Positions 58,490 to 64,000 of a stretch of 64,000 nt of DNA are shown piece by piece; within the stretch, counting starts at the first letter, position 1, and the number at the start of each line of letters is the position of its first letter. Origin of the DNA: Thermoanaerobaculia bacterium (GTDB lineage: Bacteria; Acidobacteriota; Thermoanaerobaculia; UBA5066); contig CAWFJJ010000008.1 of NCBI GenBank assembly GCA_963816185.1, positions 320,001 through 384,000 on the forward strand, in the 5' to 3' direction. Under the pieces are notes generated by a model. The model did no database searches and was not told where the DNA came from. It worked only from the letters and a program-made list of their open reading frames with translations. Position numbers and translations under genes: made by a program.

Positions 58490-59136
58490 TTCAACGTCAG
58501 AATGACTTCCGGGAAATCGCCTGTCGCGTCGAAGGGGCCATCGGACCTCCGGGCCACGAAACGAACCGCCTGGCCGGACTTCACCCCGAGGTTCTTGTAG
58601 CTCAGGCTGGCCGACAGGACCGCACCCTGGAACGGCACCTCGGGCGCGTCGAAGGCGCCGATCACCGGGTCCGTGTTCACGCCGTCGGTCTTGAACCGGC
58701 CGAGCGTCGCCACCGCGTAATACCCCTTCACCTTTGCACCGGTCAGAGCTCCCGAGCACGCGCTGCCGCCGTTCTCATAGCGGACACAGGCGGCGAGCTT
58801 CGCCAGGAGCTCGAAGCCCGGCTTCTTGCTCCAGAACGTCTCGGTGCCCGTCTTCGGGTTGTTGTCGGTGTCGAGGTAGACCTGCACGACATCCGAGGCG
58901 AAATCGCCGCTCATCGGGCCCTTCAGCGTCGCCGCGATCGTCAGCTTGGCCCCGTCGCTCGACAGGGCGAGCTTGACGACGTCGAATCCCGGAACCGTTC
59001 CGCTGCTTGTGTTGTGGGGCCTGACGTCGCCGGCCGGGTGGGTCCACTCGACGGCGTGCATCGCCTTCTGAACCGGTGCCGTCTTCTGCGGCCCGGCCAG
59101 CATCAAACCGAGGACGAGAATTGAGGGAGCAAGCAT
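58486..59136 (-). CDS. Secreted hypothetical protein
   Basis: Signal peptide, VYLDTDNNPKTG. RBS GGAGGA. Confidence 0.65.
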   Translation of the reverse strand: MLAPSILVLGLMLAGPQKTAPVQKAMHAVEWTHPAGDVRPHNTSSGTVPGFDVVKLALSSDGAKLTIAATLKGPMSGDFASDVVQVYLDTDNNPKTGTETFWSKKPGFELLAKLAACVRYENGGSACSGALTGAKVKGYYAVATLGRFKTDGVNTDPVIGAFDAPEVPFQGAVLSASLSYKNLGVKSGQAVRFVARRSDGPFDATGDFPEVILTLK

Positions 59137-59297
59137 CGGGTCCTCCTTCCGAGAGGTTCGATTCGCGGGGAAGCGGTACGAACGGGCGTGCCAGCAATCG
59201 TCGATGGGTACGGATTGTCGGAACCGGAGATTGTCTCACGCAACGTGGAAGGCCTCTTCCTCGAGAGCGCGGCCGACGTCCTGATGCATCCATTCTG

Positions 59298-59326
59298 TTG
59301 ACGGGGCGGGGAGGGTACCGTATCGT
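59298..59326 (+). promoter_or_regulatory. Sigma-70-like promoter of the gcv operon
   Basis: TTGACG-N17-TATCGT, ending 9 nt before the gcvT ATG. Confidence 0.55.
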
Positions 59327-59335
59327 CCCGCGGCC

Positions 59336-60448
59336 ATGACCGCTCCGCCCTCGTCGCTCAAGCGCACACCGCTGTGGGAGAGACACCGGGCTCTCGGCGG
59401 AAAGATGGTCGCGTTCGGCGGATGGGACATGCCCGTCGAGTATTCCGGTCTCGCCGACGAGCACCGCGCCGTGCGGACGCGAGCCGGCCTCTTCGACGTT
59501 TCGCACATGGGCGAGATCCGGGTGCGCGGGCCGAAGGCGTTCGAGACGGTGCAGCGCCTCACGTGCAACGACGTTGCAGCGCTCGACGACGGCAAGGCCC
59601 AGTACTCGGCCTTCCTCACCGAGAAGGGCACGTTCGTCGACGACCTTCTCACGTATCGGATCGCGCCGGACGACTACCTCCTCGTCGTGAACGCCGCGAA
59701 CACGCCGAAGGACGTCGCGTGGGCGAAGCGGCAGGAGTCTCCAGGCGCGGCGATCGAGGACGAGTCGGCGATCTGGGCGCAGCTCGCGCTCCAGGGGCCG
59801 CTCGCCGAGCGTGTCCTCCAGCCGCTGACGGACGTGAAGCTCGCGGACATCGGCTACTACCGTTTCTTGACCGGGCACGTCGCCGGCGTGACCGCGCTCG
59901 TCTCGCGCACGGGCTACACAGGAGAAGACGGCTTCGAGGTCTACGTGCATTCCGGGCGCGCGGGTGACGTCTGGGACGCGATTCTCGAGGCGGGCAAACC
60001 CTATGGCGTCATCCCCACGGGGCTCGGAGCGCGGGATACGCTGCGCCTCGAGGCCACGCTCGCCCTCTACGGCAACGACATCGACGACACCACGACGCCG
60101 TGGGAGGCGAACCTCGGCTGGATCGTGAAAATGAAGAAGGGCGACTTCACCGGTCGCGACGCGCTCGCGAAACAGAAAGAGGCGGGCATCACTCGCCGTC
60201 TCGTGGGCTTCGAGGTGACCGGGCGCGGGATCGCTCGGCACGGGTTCCCGGTCTCGATCGATCCGGTCTCGGGTCCGGTCGGCGTCGTTACGTCAGGGAC
60301 GCAGACGCCCACGGTGGGCAAGCCCATCGGCCTCGCATACGTCCCGGCCGGCCGCGTCACGCCCGGCACGCCGCTGGCGATCGACGTGCGCGGGCGCTCG
60401 GTTGCGGCGCGCGTCGTGCCGACCCCGTTCTACAAGCGCAAGACCTGA
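59336..60448 (+). CDS. gcvT: Glycine cleavage system T protein
   Basis: FGGWDMPVEY, LFDVSHMGE, RTGYTGEDGFE, GLGARDTLRLEA. Confidence 0.96.
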   Translation: MTAPPSSLKRTPLWERHRALGGKMVAFGGWDMPVEYSGLADEHRAVRTRAGLFDVSHMGEIRVRGPKAFETVQRLTCNDVAALDDGKAQYSAFLTEKGTFVDDLLTYRIAPDDYLLVVNAANTPKDVAWAKRQESPGAAIEDESAIWAQLALQGPLAERVLQPLTDVKLADIGYYRFLTGHVAGVTALVSRTGYTGEDGFEVYVHSGRAGDVWDAILEAGKPYGVIPTGLGARDTLRLEATLALYGNDIDDTTTPWEANLGWIVKMKKGDFTGRDALAKQKEAGITRRLVGFEVTGRGIARHGFPVSIDPVSGPVGVVTSGTQTPTVGKPIGLAYVPAGRVTPGTPLAIDVRGRSVAARVVPTPFYKRKT

Positions 60449-60466
60449 GGGATCCAGGAGACGAAC

Positions 60467-60862
60467 ATGAGCGTTTACCCGGACGACCGCCGCTATTCCC
60501 GGAGCCACGAGTGGATCCGCGTCGATGGCGACGTGGGGACGATCGGGATCAGCGACCACGCGCAGAAAGAGCTCGGGGAGGTCGTGTTCGTCGACATGCC
60601 CGAGGTCGGCGAGATCTTCGACGCGGGCCAGGAATTCGGCACGATCGAGTCGGTGAAGGCGGTGTCCGAGCTCTTCCTCCCCGTCGCGGGCGAGATCCTC
60701 GAGCTGAACAGAGTGCTCGTCGACGAGCCGGGGGCCGTGAACGAGGACCCGCACGGCGACGGCTGGCTCGTGAAGATCAAGCTCTCGTCGGACGCCGAGA
60801 TGGACTCGCTCCTCTCCGCGGCCGATTACGAGAAGTTCGTGGAAGAGGAAGCCAAGGCCTGA
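60467..60862 (+). CDS. gcvH: Glycine cleavage system H protein
   Basis: HEW and lipoyl motif ESVKA. Confidence 0.96.
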   Translation: MSVYPDDRRYSRSHEWIRVDGDVGTIGISDHAQKELGEVVFVDMPEVGEIFDAGQEFGTIESVKAVSELFLPVAGEILELNRVLVDEPGAVNEDPHGDGWLVKIKLSSDAEMDSLLSAADYEKFVEEEAKA

Positions 60863-60923
60863 CCGGGAGCGAGCATCCGGCGCCCCGGCTCGGCGTCACG
60901 GGTGCCGGGGAGGACACGACCAG

Positions 60924-62282
60924 ATGCGCTACATCCCGAACAGCCCCGCCGAGCGCGAGTCTCTTCTCGCGGCCGTCGGCGCGGCGTCGATCGACGATCT
61001 TTTCGCGACGGTCCCGCGCGCCGTTTACCGCACGGAGCCGCCCGGCCTTCCGCCTCCGGCCTCCGAGATCGAGGTCCGGCGGGATCTGGGCCGGGTCGCG
61101 GCGAGGAACGCGCACCTCGGGGACTGGACGTCGTTCCTGGGCGCGGGCCTGTACAGCCACCATGCCCCCGCGTTCGTCTCGCAGCTTCTCCTGCGCGGCG
61201 AGTTCCTGACGTCGTACACGCCGTACCAGGCCGAAGTCTCCCAGGGCACCCTCACGGCGATCTGGGAGTTCCAGACGCACATCGCGCTTCTCACGGGGCT
61301 CGACGTCGCGAACGCCTCGATGTACGAAGGTGCGTCGGCCTTCGTCGAGGCCGTGCTCATGGCCGAGCGCCTCACGAAGAAGAAGACGAAGGTCGTCGTC
61401 TCGGCCGGTGTGCATCCCGAATACCGGCAATGCCTCCGCACGTATCTCGTGAACTTCCCGTTCACGATCGTCGAGGTCGCGCTCGGAAAGGACGGCATGA
61501 CGGACGTCGCGGCGCTCGCGGCGGCCGTCGACGACGAGACGTTTGCGGTCTGCGTGCAGTCTCCGAACGTGTTCGGGGTCGTCGAGGGCTGGCGGGCCGC
61601 CGCCGACGCCGCGCACGCGCACGAAGCGCTCGCGATCGGCGTCGTGAACGAGATGTTCTCGCTCGCGGTCCTGGAACCGCCCGGAGCCGCGGGGATCGAC
61701 ATCGCGTGCGGCGAGGCCGCCTCGTTCGGCCTCGCACCCTCGTTCGGCGGCCCGCTCGTAGGATTCCTCGCGTGCCGAGACGCCGGGAAGCGCCAGATTC
61801 CCGGCCGCCTCGCCGGACGCGCAACGGACGCGGACGGAAGGCAAGGCTTCTGCCTGACGCTCGCCACGCGCGAGCAGCACATCCGGCGCGAGAGGGCGAC
61901 GTCGAACATCTGCACGAATCAGGGCCTGTTCGCGCTCGCGGCCACGATGACCCTCTCCGTGCTCGGCAAGAAAGGGCTCAGGGAGACGGCCGTTCAATGC
62001 CTCTCGAAGGCCGAGTACCTGAAGGCCTCCGTCAAGGCGCTTCCCGGCCCGTTCTCCGTCGCCTTCTCAGGAAAGACGTTCAACGAGTTCGCTCTGCGCT
62101 GCGGCGTCCCGGTGGCCGAGGTCCTGCGCCGCGCCGAGGAGAGGAAGATCCTCGCGGGCGTCCCGTACGCGAGGCTCGAGCCCGCGGCCACGGCATATCG
62201 CGATCTCCTTCTCGTCGCGGTGACGGAGCGGACGCCGCGCAGCGGGCTAGACGCCCTCCTCGACACCCTGAGGTCCTTCTGA
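60924..62282 (+). CDS. gcvPA: Glycine dehydrogenase subunit 1
   Basis: FLGAG, YTPYQAEVSQG, ANASMY, TREQHIRRERATSNICTNQ. Confidence 0.95.
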   Translation: MRYIPNSPAERESLLAAVGAASIDDLFATVPRAVYRTEPPGLPPPASEIEVRRDLGRVAARNAHLGDWTSFLGAGLYSHHAPAFVSQLLLRGEFLTSYTPYQAEVSQGTLTAIWEFQTHIALLTGLDVANASMYEGASAFVEAVLMAERLTKKKTKVVVSAGVHPEYRQCLRTYLVNFPFTIVEVALGKDGMTDVAALAAAVDDETFAVCVQSPNVFGVVEGWRAAADAAHAHEALAIGVVNEMFSLAVLEPPGAAGIDIACGEAASFGLAPSFGGPLVGFLACRDAGKRQIPGRLAGRATDADGRQGFCLTLATREQHIRRERATSNICTNQGLFALAATMTLSVLGKKGLRETAVQCLSKAEYLKASVKALPGPFSVAFSGKTFNEFALRCGVPVAEVLRRAEERKILAGVPYARLEPAATAYRDLLLVAVTERTPRSGLDALLDTLRSF

Positions 62283-63817
62283 TGAGCGACCACGGCACCC
62301 TCACCTCCCCGGAGCCTCTCGTGCGCGCCGATTCCCGCCTCGACCGGCGGCGGCGCTTCGGCTCGCTCTTCGACGCGCCCCGCGCGGGACGCGTCGGCGT
62401 CCTCCTCCCGCCGCTCGACGTGCCCGAGGCCGATCCGGCCGCGCTCTACGGCAAGGCGCACCGCCCGGGTGTCGAGGGAGAGGTGGAAGCCTCCGAAGTC
62501 GACGTCGTGAGGCACTTCACGCGCCTCTCGCAGCTGAACTTCGCGATCGACACGGCGCTCTACTCGCTCGGCTCGTGCACGATGAAGCACAACCCGAGGC
62601 TCAACGAGGAGATCGCGCGCCTTCCCGGCTTCAACGACACGCACCCTTACGCGCCCGAGCACCTCTCGCAGGGCAACCTCGAGCTCCTCGTCCGGCTCGA
62701 GGAGGCGTTGAAGGTGCTGACCGGGTTCTCGCGCGTCACGCTTCAGCCGTCGGCCGGCGCGAACGGCGAGCTCACCGGCGCCCTCATGATCCGCGCCGCG
62801 CACGTGAAGGCGGGCAACGCGCGCAAGCACGTTCTCGTGCCCGACTCCGCGCACGGCACGAACCCCGCGACCGCGCATTTCGCGGGGTACTCGGTCGTCG
62901 AGCTCGGGTCCTCCGAGCGCGGGACCGTCGACCTTTCCGAGCTCGAGGCGAAGGTCACGGACGACGTCGCGGCCCTCATGATCACCGTGCCGAACACGCT
63001 CGGCGTCTTCGAGGACCACATCCTCGACGTCGCGAAGATCGTGCACGCCAAGGGCGCGTATCTCTACCTCGACGGCGCGAACTTCAACGCGTTCGTGGGC
63101 AAGGTGCGTCCGGCCGACATGGGCGTGGACGCCATGCACATGAACCTGCACAAGACGTTCTCGACTCCGCACGGCGGCGGAGGCCCCGGAGCGGGGCCCG
63201 TCGGCGTGGGCGCGTCTCTCGTGCCGTTCCTCCCCGTGCCCACCGTCGAGCGCGCGGGGGACGCGTTCCGGCTGGATTACGACCGTCCCGACTCGATCGG
63301 GAAGATGCGCGCGTTCTACGGGAACTTCGGGGTCCTCGTGCGCGCGCTGACGTACATCCTGTCCTACGGGAGCTCGATCCACGAGGTGGCCGAGAACGCC
63401 GTCCTGAACGCGAACTACCTGCGCAAACGGCTCGAGCCCTTCTACCACCTGAAGTACGACGCGCCTAGCTACCACGAGATCGTCTTCTCGGACCACCGCC
63501 AGGCGGCCGCGGGCGTGCACAACATCGACATCGCCAAGCGCCTCATGGACTTCGGCTTCCATCCGCCCACGATGTCCTTTCCGCTCATCGTGCCGGGCGC
63601 GCTCATGATCGAGCCGACCGAATCCGAGGGGAAGGACGAGCTCGACGCGTTCGCGGACGCGATGATCGCGATCGCGAAGGAATGCGAAGAGTCGCCCGAG
63701 ATCGTCAAGTCCGCGCCGCACACGACGCCCGTCGGCCGGCTCGACGACGCGGCCACGGCGCGCGAGGCCTCCAAGCACGGGAACTTTGCTCCGGTCCTCA
63801 GGGCGCCGGTCAAGTAG
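62282..63817 (+). CDS. gcvPB: Glycine dehydrogenase subunit 2
   Basis: LGSCTMKHNP, SAHGTNPA, HMNLHKTFSTPHGGGGPG, EPTESE. Confidence 0.95.
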   Translation: MSDHGTLTSPEPLVRADSRLDRRRRFGSLFDAPRAGRVGVLLPPLDVPEADPAALYGKAHRPGVEGEVEASEVDVVRHFTRLSQLNFAIDTALYSLGSCTMKHNPRLNEEIARLPGFNDTHPYAPEHLSQGNLELLVRLEEALKVLTGFSRVTLQPSAGANGELTGALMIRAAHVKAGNARKHVLVPDSAHGTNPATAHFAGYSVVELGSSERGTVDLSELEAKVTDDVAALMITVPNTLGVFEDHILDVAKIVHAKGAYLYLDGANFNAFVGKVRPADMGVDAMHMNLHKTFSTPHGGGGPGAGPVGVGASLVPFLPVPTVERAGDAFRLDYDRPDSIGKMRAFYGNFGVLVRALTYILSYGSSIHEVAENAVLNANYLRKRLEPFYHLKYDAPSYHEIVFSDHRQAAAGVHNIDIAKRLMDFGFHPPTMSFPLIVPGALMIEPTESEGKDELDAFADAMIAIAKECEESPEIVKSAPHTTPVGRLDDAATAREASKHGNFAPVLRAPVK

Positions 63818-63931
63818 AGAGGAGAAGGAGGAAAGAGATTTCTTAGAAAGTGAATATTTGGCGCCGCAGTTTTCTAGGCCATCCGTATCTTTACCTTCTA
63901 AGAAAATCTTCTCTTCTCTTAGAATTCCCTG

Positions 63932-64000
63932 ATGCTCCGCGTCCGCGTTGCGTATCTGGACGGGCGGCGCCTCGTCCGCGCGCTCGTCGCGGGAGCCCGC
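63932..64000 (+). CDS. 5' fragment of a probable DAK2-domain (fatty acid kinase-like) protein, truncated by the window end
   Basis: MLRVRVAYLDGRRLVRALVAGAR. TAGAAT ends 6 nt upstream. Confidence 0.45.
   Translation, partial: MLRVRVAYLDGRRLVRALVAGAR

Noticed and set aside
59176-59193. Sigma-54 promoter on the minus strand (TGGCACG-CCCG-TTCGT)
   Set aside because: Good -24 box, but the -12 position reads CG rather than GC.
59137-59335. Glycine riboswitch upstream of gcvT
   Set aside because: Conserved aptamer motifs are not recognisable, and a promoter-like motif sits right before the start codon, leaving no leader.
60902-62281. Fused single-chain GcvP (971-aa ORF)
   Set aside because: The N-terminal part is an out-of-frame shadow of gcvPA. 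gcvPB starts at 62282.
1-64000. CRISPR arrays, rRNA, transposases, and the many long Arg/Pro-rich antisense ORFs
   Set aside because: No regularly spaced repeats, rRNA or transposase motifs were seen by eye. The overlapping ORFs are typical high-GC shadow frames without motifs.

Overview
High-GC bacterial chromosomal window. The gene content (expanded Ser/Thr kinases with beta-propellers, DUF1549/DUF1553/DUF1800/DUF1501 pairs, Tat-exported enzymes) suggests Acidobacteriota, possibly Thermoanaerobaculia; this is inference. Left end (1-5564): a bacterial microcompartment (BMC) operon of the sugar-phosphate-utilisation type. It has DeoC with an encapsulation-peptide-like helix and a Cys-rich N-terminal extension, an acylating aldehyde dehydrogenase, 3 BMC-T, 1 BMC-H and 3 BMC-P genes. 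Many frameshifts in the first 4.1 kb are probably assembly errors. The middle holds: a Tat-signal HisC-like aminotransferase; Ser/Thr kinases (four in the window); HAD-UbiA; two DUF1501-partner operons; a stand-alone LigD ligase; fcl; a Csu-type chaperone-usher pilus operon; a desaturase; a sigma-54 two-component cluster with a Met-rich secreted protein; a flavoprotein reductase/glycoamylase pair; penicillin acylase; OmpW; a BNR propeller/MoaD-like pair; and sodC. Toward the right end are a ~1-kb integrase-less islet bounded by tRNA-Ala(CGC) and a degenerate copy of its 3' end, a selenocysteine-containing selD preceded by a 24-bp inverted repeat, and gcvT-H-PA-PB. Several sigma-54 promoter motifs and repeated signatures of leaderless transcription are visible. 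Family names come from motif recognition, not database searches.
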